42,183 bases of DNA from Bacteroidota bacterium (GCA_030706225.1 JAUZOW010000003.1:1-42183), one strand, 5' to 3'. Counted from the stretch's first letter, positions 17,338 through 27,615 are shown. The notes: generated by a model not told the origin, from the letters alone. Numbers and translations are program-made.

Positions 17338-18120
17338 ATGGGGGAGAAAATATTGAAAGTGATCCTGATCGATGATGAACCTCAGGCGATTTCAGTCCTT
17401 GAACAAATACTACTCAATTATCCTCGTTTAAAAATATGCGGAAAAATTACAGATCCCGGAATAGCGATGTCGGTGATCCGGGATATCAAGCCTGACTTGG
17501 TTTTTCTTGATATTGAAATGCCTGGGAAAGATGGATTTGAGATTCTTAAGGAAATCAATGACCTGGGGTTGAATCCGTGGATTATTTTTGTGACAGCCTT
17601 TGATCAGTTTGCAATTCGTGCTCTCCGTTCGGCAGCCTTTGATTATCTTTTAAAGCCTGTTGACCTCGAGGAACTGGATAATGCTATAGTCAGGCTTTTC
17701 CGGATGCTTAGCGGAAATTCCCCGGAAAATGATGATAATCCCCTTTCTGAAAAAACAAAAAAATTGATCGTTGAAACAACGGGGCACGGGAAAATAAAAA
17801 TTTCAACCGGTAACGGATTTATATTCCTGAGGCCTGAGGATATTTTCTATATTCTTGCAGATTGGAATTATTCCGAAATCTATTATAGCCAGTATCATCA
17901 CGATATTGTGACGACCAATCTGGGATCCATTTGGAAAATGCTCCCCTCCGGGTCATTTTTCCGGATAACCCGGTCTCTCATCGTCAACCTGAAATATCTT
18001 TCCAAAGTCAACCGGAAAAAGAGGCAGATAATAATTAACAAAGACGGAGATGAATGCTCATTTACAATTCCTCTTTTGAATCTTCGCAAGATGGAGCGTT
18101 TTCTGGATTCTAACCATTAA
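17338..18120 (+). CDS. LytTR family response regulator (canonical receiver)
   Basis: IDDE, PDLVFLDIEMP, FVTAFDQFA, DYLLKP and LytTR FFRITRSLIVNL. Confidence 0.92.
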   Translation: MGEKILKVILIDDEPQAISVLEQILLNYPRLKICGKITDPGIAMSVIRDIKPDLVFLDIEMPGKDGFEILKEINDLGLNPWIIFVTAFDQFAIRALRSAAFDYLLKPVDLEELDNAIVRLFRMLSGNSPENDDNPLSEKTKKLIVETTGHGKIKISTGNGFIFLRPEDIFYILADWNYSEIYYSQYHHDIVTTNLGSIWKMLPSGSFFRITRSLIVNLKYLSKVNRKKRQIIINKDGDECSFTIPLLNLRKMERFLDSNH

Positions 18121-19219
18121 TATACCCGGGAACCTTGATTTTTTCTTTTCCTTTCAATCCCGAAATTACCTGAATATTGATTCCGTCAGATAGACCTGTC
18201 CGGATGTATCGTTTCTCAAATTTCTGAGGTGCTGTTTCCACTTCTACATAAGAAGAATCTCCTTCGAATTGCAATAAGCTTTCCTTGATAGCCATTACCT
18301 TTTCAACCCGCTGCAGAACGATATCTGCATTAGCGCTGTATCCTGCCCGAATAAACTGGTCGGGCTTCAGATTTACATCGGCTTTGATTTCAAACTGAAC
18401 AGCTCCGTTTTCAAGGACTCCTTTGGGGGCAATATAATTTAATGTCGCCTTAAAAGTATCATTTTCAATTGCGCCTACCGTAAGCATCAGGTTCATGCCG
18501 GGTTTAAGTTTACCGACCTCTGTTTCATCCAGTTTACCGTCGAAGATCATATCTCCGACATCTGCCACGGAAGCAATGGTAGTTCCTGCATTAAAATTAT
18601 TGGTTTCGATCACATTACTACCAACTTTAACCGGAACGTCGAGGATCATACCTGCAATTGTTGACCGGATCAGAGTATTCGTGGTTTTTCCCGATTTTTT
18701 ATTTACTCCTTCCCGGATCAGTTCCAGGTTAGCTTCAGCTGCATCCACTTCCTGGCTTGCATTGCGGTAAGCAATCTGTGACTGTTGGTATTCAGATTCC
18801 GGAACAACACCCTGTTTGAAAAGCTTTTCTTCCCGGGAATAATTCATTTTAGCATCGTCATATGCTATCTTTGCCTTATCAAGCCTTGCTTCTGCATTGT
18901 TAAGGTTTACCAGGTCAGGAATGATTCGGATTCTGGCAATGACATCACCGGTTTTTACTCTCTTTCCGGCTTCCACATATACTTCTTCCACGATCCCGGA
19001 TACCTGCGGCTTGATTTCGATTTCTTTCCGGGGAATGATCGATCCGGTAGCCACTGTTTTCTTGACAATATCTGTAACAAATGGGGTTTCAGTTCTGAAA
19101 ACGACCGGTTTTTCTTTCGATTTATTATAAAGATAGAAGATGGTCACAATAAAAATCAACAGGATCAGTACCAGGATGACTATCCTGATGATCTTTTTTA
19201 ATTTACTTTTCTGACTCAT
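18110..19219 (-). CDS. Efflux periplasmic adaptor subunit (MacA-like membrane fusion protein)
   Basis: N-terminal TM, ATGSIIPRKEIEIKPQVSG lipoyl-like motif, alpha-hairpin and TGLSDG C-terminus. Confidence 0.9.
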   Translation of the reverse strand: MSQKSKLKKIIRIVILVLILLIFIVTIFYLYNKSKEKPVVFRTETPFVTDIVKKTVATGSIIPRKEIEIKPQVSGIVEEVYVEAGKRVKTGDVIARIRIIPDLVNLNNAEARLDKAKIAYDDAKMNYSREEKLFKQGVVPESEYQQSQIAYRNASQEVDAAEANLELIREGVNKKSGKTTNTLIRSTIAGMILDVPVKVGSNVIETNNFNAGTTIASVADVGDMIFDGKLDETEVGKLKPGMNLMLTVGAIENDTFKATLNYIAPKGVLENGAVQFEIKADVNLKPDQFIRAGYSANADIVLQRVEKVMAIKESLLQFEGDSSYVEVETAPQKFEKRYIRTGLSDGINIQVISGLKGKEKIKVPGYING

Positions 19220-19244
19220 GAAGTGATCTCCTTTTCATTAGATT

Positions 19245-20507
19245 TTATTCATATCGTAGTGCATCAATAGGTTTAATGGCAACAGCCCGGCGTGCAGGTA
19301 TGAAACCGGCCAAAGCTCCGGAAAAGATCAGGATGATTAAAGCGGTCACAGCCACCCGGAAATTAATGCCCGGGTGAAGGAACATCTCGGTTGAAGCTCC
19401 TGATTTCTCAAGCAGGTAATTAATCAATTCCAGAACAGATACTCCCAGAGATAGTCCGATATAGCCGGCAAATGTGGTCAGGACGATCGATTCGGTAATG
19501 ATCTGGGAGATAATGGTATACGGAGAAGCGCCAATAGCTCGCTGGATCCCGATTTCCTTTGTCCGCTCCTTGACGACTACCAGCATGATATTGGAAACGC
19601 CGATCACACCGGCCAGAAGGGTCCCGATACCCACGATCCAGACCAGAACGGCAATGCCCAGAAAAAGACCTACCATTTTCTTGTACTCCACTTCCAGATT
19701 GAAATGGCCGATGGCACGGTCATCCTGTGGAGCGATCGAATGGTTCTTCTTGAGAATCCGGATGGCTTTGTCCTCCACAACAGCTACCGGGATGCCTTCT
19801 TTGGAGGTAATATTAAAAAAGCCGATGGCATCTCCGTAATTAAATGTCTTTTGCATCGTGGTGAAAGGCATGAATATATTGCTGTTGTCACGGATTGCCG
19901 ATTCCCCGGTTCGTTTGGATTTAAAAAGCCCTACAACTTCAAAATAAACTCCCTGTATCTGGATATATTTACCGATCGGGTTTTCTCCTTTCACAAAAAG
20001 AACTTCAAGAACACGGTTACCAATGACCACGACCTTTCGTTTCTCCTTGATATCCATTTCGTTAATGAAACGGCCTTTAAGAATATTAACAGGATCGATG
20101 AGGTTGTACACCGGGTAATCGCCAAAGATGTTAAATGCTCCGGATTTCAGTCCACGGATCACATTGCTGCTTCCGTTATATCCCCCGACATTCGTACGGG
20201 GAGCCAGGTATTTTATTTCAGGGATTGCAGCATGCAATGCATCTATATCATTGTTCTGGAAATTAAATTGCCTGCCTCGTGTAAAACCTTTATACGGTAA
20301 GGAAGTCTGTTGAGCCCACATAAAAACGCTGTTGGTCGCCATATCCCCGAAATTCTGAGATATTCCGTTTTCAAGACCTTTTCCCGACCCCATCATGATC
20401 ACCAGCATGAAGATACCCCAGAACACGCCAAAAGCGGTAAGAAATGTCCGGAGCTTATTCTTGCTCAGTACATGATAAATCTCCTGCCAGCGATCAAGGT
20501 CAAACAT
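19245..20507 (-). CDS. ABC transporter permease (MacB/FtsX family)
   Basis: [44 protein letters not shown] and PIDALRYE. Confidence 0.92.
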   Translation of the reverse strand: MFDLDRWQEIYHVLSKNKLRTFLTAFGVFWGIFMLVIMMGSGKGLENGISQNFGDMATNSVFMWAQQTSLPYKGFTRGRQFNFQNNDIDALHAAIPEIKYLAPRTNVGGYNGSSNVIRGLKSGAFNIFGDYPVYNLIDPVNILKGRFINEMDIKEKRKVVVIGNRVLEVLFVKGENPIGKYIQIQGVYFEVVGLFKSKRTGESAIRDNSNIFMPFTTMQKTFNYGDAIGFFNITSKEGIPVAVVEDKAIRILKKNHSIAPQDDRAIGHFNLEVEYKKMVGLFLGIAVLVWIVGIGTLLAGVIGVSNIMLVVVKERTKEIGIQRAIGASPYTIISQIITESIVLTTFAGYIGLSLGVSVLELINYLLEKSGASTEMFLHPGINFRVAVTALIILIFSGALAGFIPARRAVAIKPIDALRYE

Positions 20508-20552
20508 TTTCTTTGATTCTAGGAATTATTAAATCGTAAATCGTAATTCAAA

Positions 20553-21791
20553 TCATTCATCTCTCAATGCTTCTACCGGTTTAACTCTGGCTGCGCTCAT
20601 AGCCGGGAACAGTCCTGCAAGAACTCCTGCTACAATCAGTAAAATGGTTGCTCCGAGTGCAATTCCCAGGTCGGCCTGCGGATTTTTAAAGAAATCGAAA
20701 GGTGGCATTTTGATGCTGATCAGTTCGAGCAGCCCGACTCCCAGCACAAGCCCGACATAACCGGAAAACCCGGTGATCAGGATCGCTTCGCGGAGGACCA
20801 ATGATACAATTGAGTATGGAGTAGCCCCGAGCGCTTTTCTAACGCCGATTTCCTTGGTTCTTTCCTTAACCGATATCATCATGATATTGCTTACCCCGAC
20901 CACACCGGCTATGATCGTTCCGATGCCAATAATCCAGATAAAAAGCCGGATTCCGGCAAACAAAGAATTGAAACGTCTTACATCTTCACTTTTATTCATT
21001 ACATCAATGGCCCGTTTATCGCCCGGATCAAAAGTATGTTCACGCGCCAGCGTGAAAGTCGCCTTCTTCAGCATCGCATCGGCTTGTTCCGGCGTTGCAG
21101 TTCCTGTAGTAAATGAAATCTGGTTGATTACATTCTGGCTGAAGAAAATCCGTTGAGCAGTGCTGATCGGGAGATAAATCCTTCGCTGTTCGTAATCATC
21201 CCGGCCGAAATCACGAAAAACTCCGACAACTTTGAACAAAACACCCTTGATGTTGATATATTTCCCCAGAGCGACCGTATCGGAGCCTTTGAACAGAGCT
21301 GATTTAACCTTTTCGCCTATGGCCGCTACCTTCCTGTTTTCCCGGATATCTATTTCATTCAGAAACCTTCCCTGAATCATCTTCACTTCTTTGATAAAAC
21401 CATAATCAGGATGACAGGGGGAAATAAAAAAGGAACCATACTCTTGTTTATAGGAAACCAGCTCGTTTCCCAGGAAAAGACGGGCGGAAATATGGTCATA
21501 GCCTTTGACCGCATGCCGGATCAGGTTATAATCCTGATTGGTAAACTTAATCTCCCGTCCGGCCTGCAATCCCTTGTATTGAAGGCTGGTCATACCGTTG
21601 CTGATCCAGATTCCGTTGAGAGCGCCTCCCCTGAATTGTTCCCTGACTCCGTTTTCCAATCCGTTCCCTGATCCCAGCAATATGATCAGCATAAAGATTC
21701 ACCATGCTACGCTGAATCCCGTCAGGAAAGTACGCAACTTGTTCTTCTGAACGGTACTCAGGATCTCCTGCCAGATATCGAAGTTGTACAT
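20553..21791 (-). pseudogene. ABC transporter permease (MacB/FtsX family) with in-frame TGA at codon 31 (21699-21701)
   Basis: ATG 21791 gives [39 protein letters not shown], where the paralog has W-G-I-F-M. The rest is intact through VEALRDE. Confidence 0.75.
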
Positions 21792-21807
21792 TGATTGGAT
21801 GATCCTT

Positions 21808-22482
21808 TTAATTTTTAATGATGTCAGTAATCATACCATCGGTGATGTGAATGATGCGATGAGTTCTTGCAGAAATATCATGTTCATGAGTGACGATCAC
21901 CACTGTGATTCCGGAATTATTGATTTCTTCAAAAAGATCCATCATTTCCATAGAAGTCACCGAATCGAGAGCACCGGTTGGCTCGTCGGCAAGAATCACT
22001 TTAGGCTTTGTGATCAGTGCCCGGGCAATAGCAATTCTCTGTTTCTGTCCTCCTGAAAGTTCTGAAGGAAGATGGAAAGCCCAATCCTTAAGCCCCAGCC
22101 GATCGAGATATTCCATTGCGATCAGATTCCTTTTTTTTCTGCCGATTTTCTGATAATATAATGGCAAGGCGACGTTTTCCATTGCATTTTTAAAAGATAT
22201 CAGGTTAAATGACTGAAAAACGAAACCCAGCATCTGATTCCTTAACCGCGCAGCTTTTTTTTCATTAAGGTTGAATATCTTTGAGCCGTTAAGAGAATAT
22301 TCGCCTTTGTCATAATTATCAAGGATTCCCAGTATGTTTAGGAGAGTGGATTTTCCTGACCCGGATGCACCCATAATCGATATCATTTCCCCTTCTGCAA
22401 TATCAAGGTCGATACCTTTCAATACGTGTAACCGATTTTCACCGGTAATATAGGATTTATGAATGTCCCGGATATGTATCAT
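21808..22482 (-). CDS. ABC transporter ATP-binding protein (MacB/LolD type)
   Basis: [28 protein letters not shown] and VTHE. Confidence 0.95.
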   Translation of the reverse strand: MIHIRDIHKSYITGENRLHVLKGIDLDIAEGEMISIMGASGSGKSTLLNILGILDNYDKGEYSLNGSKIFNLNEKKAARLRNQMLGFVFQSFNLISFKNAMENVALPLYYQKIGRKKRNLIAMEYLDRLGLKDWAFHLPSELSGGQKQRIAIARALITKPKVILADEPTGALDSVTSMEMMDLFEEINNSGITVVIVTHEHDISARTHRIIHITDGMITDIIKN

Positions 22483-22506
22483 AGAAATTTTCCCTAAAAT
22501 TGAACA

Positions 22507-22535
22507 TTAGACTATTTAAAATTGAATTTGTTACA
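22507..22535 (-). promoter_or_regulatory. Putative ECF-sigma promoter TGTAAC-N17-GTCTAA for the ABC efflux operon
   Basis: The - strand reads TGTAAC aaattcaattttaaata GTCTAA, ending 24 nt before the ATG. It resembles ECF -35 AAC / -10 GTC(T)A promoters. Confidence 0.5.
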
Positions 22536-22686
22536 GAATCACATACAAATTTCATCATGATTTCATGTGAAAGATAATAAAATCTGTTAAACTTCCGTAA
22601 AAATCGATAAAAGAAAAAGATACCGGGTTGAAATCCGGTAATGTGGTAGTTTGAAAATCCCCGTTTCAGGGAATGACTTTTGAAAA

Positions 22687-23781
22687 TTAAGCTTTTTTCA
22701 GGATTTCTCTTTTATTTCTGTAATAATCAATAGTTCTCCGGATGGCTTCTTCCTGTGGATATTTTACACGAAAACCGAAATCCTCAGCTGCCTTTTCTGA
22801 AGAAAAGGTAAAATCATTACAAAGATAGATCATTGAAAACCTGTTCAATTTCAGGTTGATTTCCCGTCCGGGCTTTAATGAATGGGTAAACCTATCGAAA
22901 ATATTTCTCAACACCCGGGTCATACGGAATGGAACCCATAGGTTTATGGACCATATACGGTATCCTGCTTCTCGGATTATGTGGTCGAAAAATTGAAAAT
23001 AATTCATTCCGGGACCATCGGTTATGAAATAGATATTTCCTGCCGGTCTGGTATTACCTTTCCACAATTCGGAAGCAGCCTGAATATGAGCAAAAGCGAC
23101 ATTTTCAACATAGACTTGCTGGCATTTCACCGTTGCTTTTCCCATCCGGGTATAAAATCCTGAACGGGCGGTTTCCAACAGTGATGCCATATGATAAGGA
23201 TCTGCTTCTCCATAAATGAAAGAAGGGCGAAGAATCATAGTATAAAGTGCAGGTTTGTTTTCGTTATCGATGCAACCATTCGCATCTGTAACCATTTTCT
23301 CTGCTTTTTCCTTGCTTTTACCGTACATACCGGGATGCTTTTCCGGATATGGGCAGGATTCGTCGATATCTTTCAACGGGATGCCTCCGTAAACAGCTTC
23401 CTGTGAGCTGGTATATATAAGATACTTTACTCCTGCCGCTTTGCAGGCTCTGATAACGTTTTCCGTGCCTTTTACATTGGTTTGCCAGATCTCCTCATCC
23501 GTGTATTGCCCGCAATCTCTTTTGGAAGCCAGATGAATGACAATATCAATACTACGGCATGCATCCTCCACTGCCTCATAATCCCTGACATCTCCCCGGA
23601 TTGTCGTCAGTCCGTTTATTTCCGGATTGGTCTCTTCCCGTTTGTCAAATAATTTCAACGAAGCAACTTTCAACGGCGAATCCTCTGCCGTAAGCTGCTT
23701 TACTATCACTCTGCCTAAAAATCCCGAACTACCGGTGATAAGTACAGAAGGAAATTGATTATGCAAGGTTTGATCCTTCAT
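22687..23781 (-). CDS. NAD-dependent epimerase/dehydratase, 3-beta-HSD-like extended SDR
   Basis: ITGSSGFLG Rossmann motif, YTSS, YGKSK catalytic YxxxK, RPSFIYG and VYVENVA. Confidence 0.88.
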   Translation of the reverse strand: MKDQTLHNQFPSVLITGSSGFLGRVIVKQLTAEDSPLKVASLKLFDKREETNPEINGLTTIRGDVRDYEAVEDACRSIDIVIHLASKRDCGQYTDEEIWQTNVKGTENVIRACKAAGVKYLIYTSSQEAVYGGIPLKDIDESCPYPEKHPGMYGKSKEKAEKMVTDANGCIDNENKPALYTMILRPSFIYGEADPYHMASLLETARSGFYTRMGKATVKCQQVYVENVAFAHIQAASELWKGNTRPAGNIYFITDGPGMNYFQFFDHIIREAGYRIWSINLWVPFRMTRVLRNIFDRFTHSLKPGREINLKLNRFSMIYLCNDFTFSSEKAAEDFGFRVKYPQEEAIRRTIDYYRNKREILKKA

Positions 23782-23802
23782 TACCCATTCATTTTACCGG
23801 CG

Positions 23803-23810
23803 CAAAAATA
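23803..23810 (-). promoter_or_regulatory. -7 element TATTTTTG for the SDR gene
   Basis: Exact TAnnTTTG match about 21 nt upstream of the ATG. Confidence 0.55.
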
Positions 23811-23814
23811 CTAT

Positions 23815-23849
23815 AAAAAAAGCCCTCCTGAAAATTAATTGAGGAGGGC
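23815..23849 (-). terminator. Terminator-like hairpin oriented on the - strand
   Basis: GCCCTCCT/AGGAGGGC 8-bp stem (23822-23849) followed on the - strand by T7. Confidence 0.55.
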
Positions 23850-23955
23850 GGAAGATCAATGGGTCAAATGTCGGGCAACCTGTCAAAAAGTTACGGTTTT
23901 ACCGATATTTTTTACTGGTTCGCGATGAGTTTATTGAATTTTTTTAGAATTGTTT

Positions 23956-23963
23956 TACTTTTG
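23956..23963 (+). promoter_or_regulatory. -7 element TACTTTTG for the T9SS cargo gene
   Basis: Exact TAnnTTTG match about 50 nt upstream of ATG 24015. Confidence 0.6.
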
Positions 23964-24014
23964 CGAATAGAGAAGTCACACATTTCATTCTTCCTTTATT
24001 ACAAAAAATAGCAA

Positions 24015-27000
24015 ATGAATAAAGCATTATTTCTCGTATGCATGATGCTTTTATGCACCGGCATTACCTATAGCCAGAACTCTGATTTAAAACCTAAGGT
24101 TGTAAAACCTGTCTATTTTGATGTATCGCCTCCGTTAAGCGAAATAGCCAGATCTCTCCGTGCAACACCATCAACTTCCTGGAAAGATGGGGTTGTTAAA
24201 AATCATTTCGATCAGCGACAGAATAATAATGCCGTTGTCGTCGATAAGGTTGAACAACAGTCTTATCCTGAATCACCTCTGGTATCAACCGACCAGAATT
24301 TTGACGGAAATACCAATACAGAAGGGTATGTCCCTCCCGATACAGATGGTGATGTCAGCACGAATTATTACTTCCAGGTCGTAAACTGCCATTATTCCAT
24401 TTACAGTAAAACCGGTTCATTACTTCTGGGTCCTGTGGAAAACAGTGCCGTATGGAATGGGATGCCCAATAATTCCAACGATGGCGATGCAGTGGTCATT
24501 TACGACAGCCAGGCTGATCGATGGGTTTTTACCCAGTTTTCATTGCCGAATTATCCTGACGGACCATTTTATCAAATGATAGCCATTTCCCAGACCAATA
24601 ATCCGCTGGGTTCCTGGTACCGTTATGAATATTCGTTCTCAGATATGAACGATTACCCCAAATTTGGAATTTGGCCTGACGGATATTACATGTCGGCCAA
24701 CCGCTTTTCTGCAGGATCGTTTAATTATGCGGGTACAGCAGTTTATGCCTATAACCGGTCCCTGATGCTTATCGGGGATTCAACCGCACAACAGGTTTCC
24801 TTTACTTTATCCTCCTCCGATCCGGCTTTTGGATTTCTTCCGGCAGATTGTGACGGTTCATTTCCTGCTTCCGGTACCCCTGAATATTTTGCTTACATAA
24901 ATAAAAATACATACAATCTAAGGGTTTATCAATTCCATGTCGACTGGACTACAACTTCGAATTCCACTTTCGGGAGCTACCAGGATATTTCTGTTTCTTC
25001 TTTTAATACTACTACTTCACAAAACTATATTCCCCAGCAGGGAACCAGTGTTAAGCTGGATCCGATTGAAGATCGTTTGATGTACCGGATGCAGTACAGA
25101 TCCTTCTCGGATCATAAATCCATGGTCGTTTGTCATAATGTAAATAATACATCCGGCGTTACCGGGGTTCGTTGGTACGAACTCAGAAATACCGGATCGA
25201 CATGGACTAAATACCAGGAAGGAACATATAACCCGGGCGACGGTGCATATCGTTGGATGGGAAGTATTGCCATGGATGCCAACGGTGATATTGCTCTGGG
25301 ATATTCAAAATCAAGTTCCGGTATGTACCCTTCCGTCTATTTTACGGGAAGATTAAGCACGGATGCTCTCAATACAATGACTGTAACCGAAAGTGTGATC
25401 CAGAACGGATCAGGATATCAGAGTTCCAGTTCTCACCGCTGGGGTGATTACAGCGCAATGACCATTGATCCCTCTTCGTCTAATACTTTCTGGTATACTC
25501 AGGAATATATTCAAACTACAGGTCAGGCTAACTGGAAAACCCGTATTGCTTCATTTCATCTGGGAACTGCCGGCGTTCCGCTGTCGGTTACTGCAACGGC
25601 GAATCCTGCAGTCTGTAATCCCGGAGCTGCAGTTCAGCTAAGCACTACGGCTTCCGGAGGAACGGGTTCCTATACCTATTCCTGGTCCTCAAATCCTGCC
25701 GGATTTACTTCCACTTCTCAAAATCCTGTGGCTTATCCGTTAATCAATACAACCTATTCCGTTCTGGTCACCGACGGTGCTTCCTCAGGCACAGGAAGCT
25801 GTTCCGTCACCGTAAACATGAGTGCGACAGCGACAGCTACACCTTCCGTGATCAACCCGGGCAGCAATTCACAACTGAGTGTGTCCGTCCAGGGAGGAAG
25901 CGGTGTTTATACCTATTCCTGGACGTCAATTCCTGCAGGATTTACGTCAACTTCTGCCAATCCGGTGGTTTCACCAGCAATGAATACAAGCTATTATGTG
26001 ACAGTAAGTGATGGCTCTCAAACAGTGAATGCTTCATGTATCGTAACGGTCAACATGACAGTTAACCCTACTGCAACACCTTCTGCGATTAACGTGGGAA
26101 GCAGCTCTCAGCTGAGCGCCAATGTTCTGGGAGGTTCCGGTAACTACACATACTCCTGGACTTCCGTTCCGGCCGGATTCACTTCGACCGGTGCAAGTCC
26201 TGTCGTAACACCTTCCGTAACAACAGTCTATACCGTTGCCGTTAACGATGGTACCCATCTCATGTCGGGTTCCTGCACCGTTTCCGTAAATTTGGCCGTG
26301 AATGCTTCCGCAAACCCATCCTCAATTAATTTGGGAGGAACATCCCAGTTAAGTTCGGTTGCACAGGGAGGGAGCGGAACATTTACTTACTCGTGGGTGT
26401 CCACTCCTGCAGGATTTACATCGAACCAACAGAATCCCGTAGTATCTCCGACAGTAAGCACAATGTACACAGTAACAGCCAACGATGGCTCGCAAAACCA
26501 GAGCGCATCTGCAAATGTCCTGGTCAACATGACGGTAAACGTAACGGCAACGCCTTCCACGATCAATGCCGGACAAAGTTCACAATTAAATACAACGGTC
26601 ACCGGAGGAAGCGGAACCTATACCTATTCCTGGGTATCCAACCCGGCAGGGTTTGCATCCTCCAGCCCCAATCCGGTAGTAACCCCGACGGTCAACACTA
26701 TTTATACGGTTACGGTTAATGACGGTACTTTGAATGCAAACGGCAGCGCAACGGTTAATGTCAATCTTTCATCTTCAGCCAGTGCATCACCTTCTTCCAT
26801 CTGTGCAGGAGATTCGACACAACTTAGCGCAAATGCAATGGGAGGATCTGGTAATTATACCTATAGCTGGACTTCAACACCTTCGGGATTTACTTCAACG
26901 CAGGCAAATCCGGTCGTTACCCCGTCAGCTACGACAACTTATACCGTTCAGGTCATCGACGGTTCCAATACTACCAATAGCATGACGACAGTGTATGTAA

Positions 27001-27554
27001 CGGCTCTTCCGGTGGTGAATGCCGGTTCCGATACCATCGTTTGCAAGGATGTCGTCAAAATGCCTGTATATGGTACCGCTTCGAACCAGTCTTCAGTAAC
27101 CTGGACTACTTCAGGCGACGGAACATTCCAGAATCCGACCTTGCTGAGTACGTATTATTATCCCGGCGCAAATGACCGGAATAGCTCTTCGGTTACTTTA
27201 ACACTGACGGCTCATCCGAATACACCCTGCTCGTCGAACATCTCAGATAACAAAGTAGTAACCATTGATGCATGTACCGGAATCTCTCATGTTTCCGGTA
27301 ATGATTTCGGAGTTTCCGTTCTGCCGAATCCATCCCGGGGGCTCTTTATGGTTTCTATTACCGGCGTGGCATCAGGAACCCTTCACCTGACGGTTTATAA
27401 TGCCAATGGGCAAATGGTTTATTCAGAAGATGTGAATTCAACCGGGAATATTACCGAAAAAAATATGGACCTTGTCTCATTTTCCAAAGGGGTCTACCTG
27501 CTTAAAGTGGAAGCAGGAGATAAAGAAAGGACAGTAAGGGTTGTAATCGATTAA
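24015..27554 (+). CDS. T9SS type A cargo protein with six 79-aa Ig-like repeats
   Basis: Signal peptide, N-terminal domain with PPDTDGDV, DYPKFGIWPDGYY and RWGDYS, repeats GG(T/S)GxYTYSW, and CTD LPNPSRG...GVYLLKV...VRVVID. Confidence 0.88.
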   Translation: MNKALFLVCMMLLCTGITYSQNSDLKPKVVKPVYFDVSPPLSEIARSLRATPSTSWKDGVVKNHFDQRQNNNAVVVDKVEQQSYPESPLVSTDQNFDGNTNTEGYVPPDTDGDVSTNYYFQVVNCHYSIYSKTGSLLLGPVENSAVWNGMPNNSNDGDAVVIYDSQADRWVFTQFSLPNYPDGPFYQMIAISQTNNPLGSWYRYEYSFSDMNDYPKFGIWPDGYYMSANRFSAGSFNYAGTAVYAYNRSLMLIGDSTAQQVSFTLSSSDPAFGFLPADCDGSFPASGTPEYFAYINKNTYNLRVYQFHVDWTTTSNSTFGSYQDISVSSFNTTTSQNYIPQQGTSVKLDPIEDRLMYRMQYRSFSDHKSMVVCHNVNNTSGVTGVRWYELRNTGSTWTKYQEGTYNPGDGAYRWMGSIAMDANGDIALGYSKSSSGMYPSVYFTGRLSTDALNTMTVTESVIQNGSGYQSSSSHRWGDYSAMTIDPSSSNTFWYTQEYIQTTGQANWKTRIASFHLGTAGVPLSVTATANPAVCNPGAAVQLSTTASGGTGSYTYSWSSNPAGFTSTSQNPVAYPLINTTYSVLVTDGASSGTGSCSVTVNMSATATATPSVINPGSNSQLSVSVQGGSGVYTYSWTSIPAGFTSTSANPVVSPAMNTSYYVTVSDGSQTVNASCIVTVNMTVNPTATPSAINVGSSSQLSANVLGGSGNYTYSWTSVPAGFTSTGASPVVTPSVTTVYTVAVNDGTHLMSGSCTVSVNLAVNASANPSSINLGGTSQLSSVAQGGSGTFTYSWVSTPAGFTSNQQNPVVSPTVSTMYTVTANDGSQNQSASANVLVNMTVNVTATPSTINAGQSSQLNTTVTGGSGTYTYSWVSNPAGFASSSPNPVVTPTVNTIYTVTVNDGTLNANGSATVNVNLSSSASASPSSICAGDSTQLSANAMGGSGNYTYSWTSTPSGFTSTQANPVVTPSATTTYTVQVIDGSNTTNSMTTVYVTALPVVNAGSDTIVCKDVVKMPVYGTASNQSSVTWTTSGDGTFQNPTLLSTYYYPGANDRNSSSVTLTLTAHPNTPCSSNISDNKVVTIDACTGISHVSGNDFGVSVLPNPSRGLFMVSITGVASGTLHLTVYNANGQMVYSEDVNSTGNITEKNMDLVSFSKGVYLLKVEAGDKERTVRVVID
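25580..27000 (+). repeat. Six tandem intragenic repeats with exact 237-nt period (boundaries approximate)
   Basis: The GG codons of the GGxGxYTYSW motif fall at 25656, 25893, 26130, 26367, 26604 and 26841. Confidence 0.9.
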
Positions 27555-27569
27555 AGTAATCCAGGATAT

Positions 27570-27609
27570 AAAAAAGCTGCTTGTGATTTTTTACAGGCAG
27601 CTTTTTTTT
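27570..27609. terminator. Bidirectional Rho-independent terminator
   Basis: aaaaaaGCTGCTTGT-gatttttt-ACAGGCAGCtttttttt between convergent genes. Confidence 0.85.
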
Positions 27610-27615
27610 GATCTT

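Noticed and set aside
20531-20544. AAATCGT tandem heptamer (a similar one lies near 39589-39601)
   Set aside because: Only two units in short intergenic gaps; too little to support a functional or mobile-element call.
21699-21701. Selenocysteine or genome-wide TGA-to-Gly recoding
   Set aside because: The aligned residue is Gly in a TM helix, not Cys. TGA terminates several intact genes here (Crp, Rrf2, LytTRs), including an ATGA overlap.
25580-27000. CRISPR array or mobile repeat
   Set aside because: The repeats are in-frame diverged protein domains with a 237-nt period. There is no identical repeat-spacer structure and no cas gene in the window.
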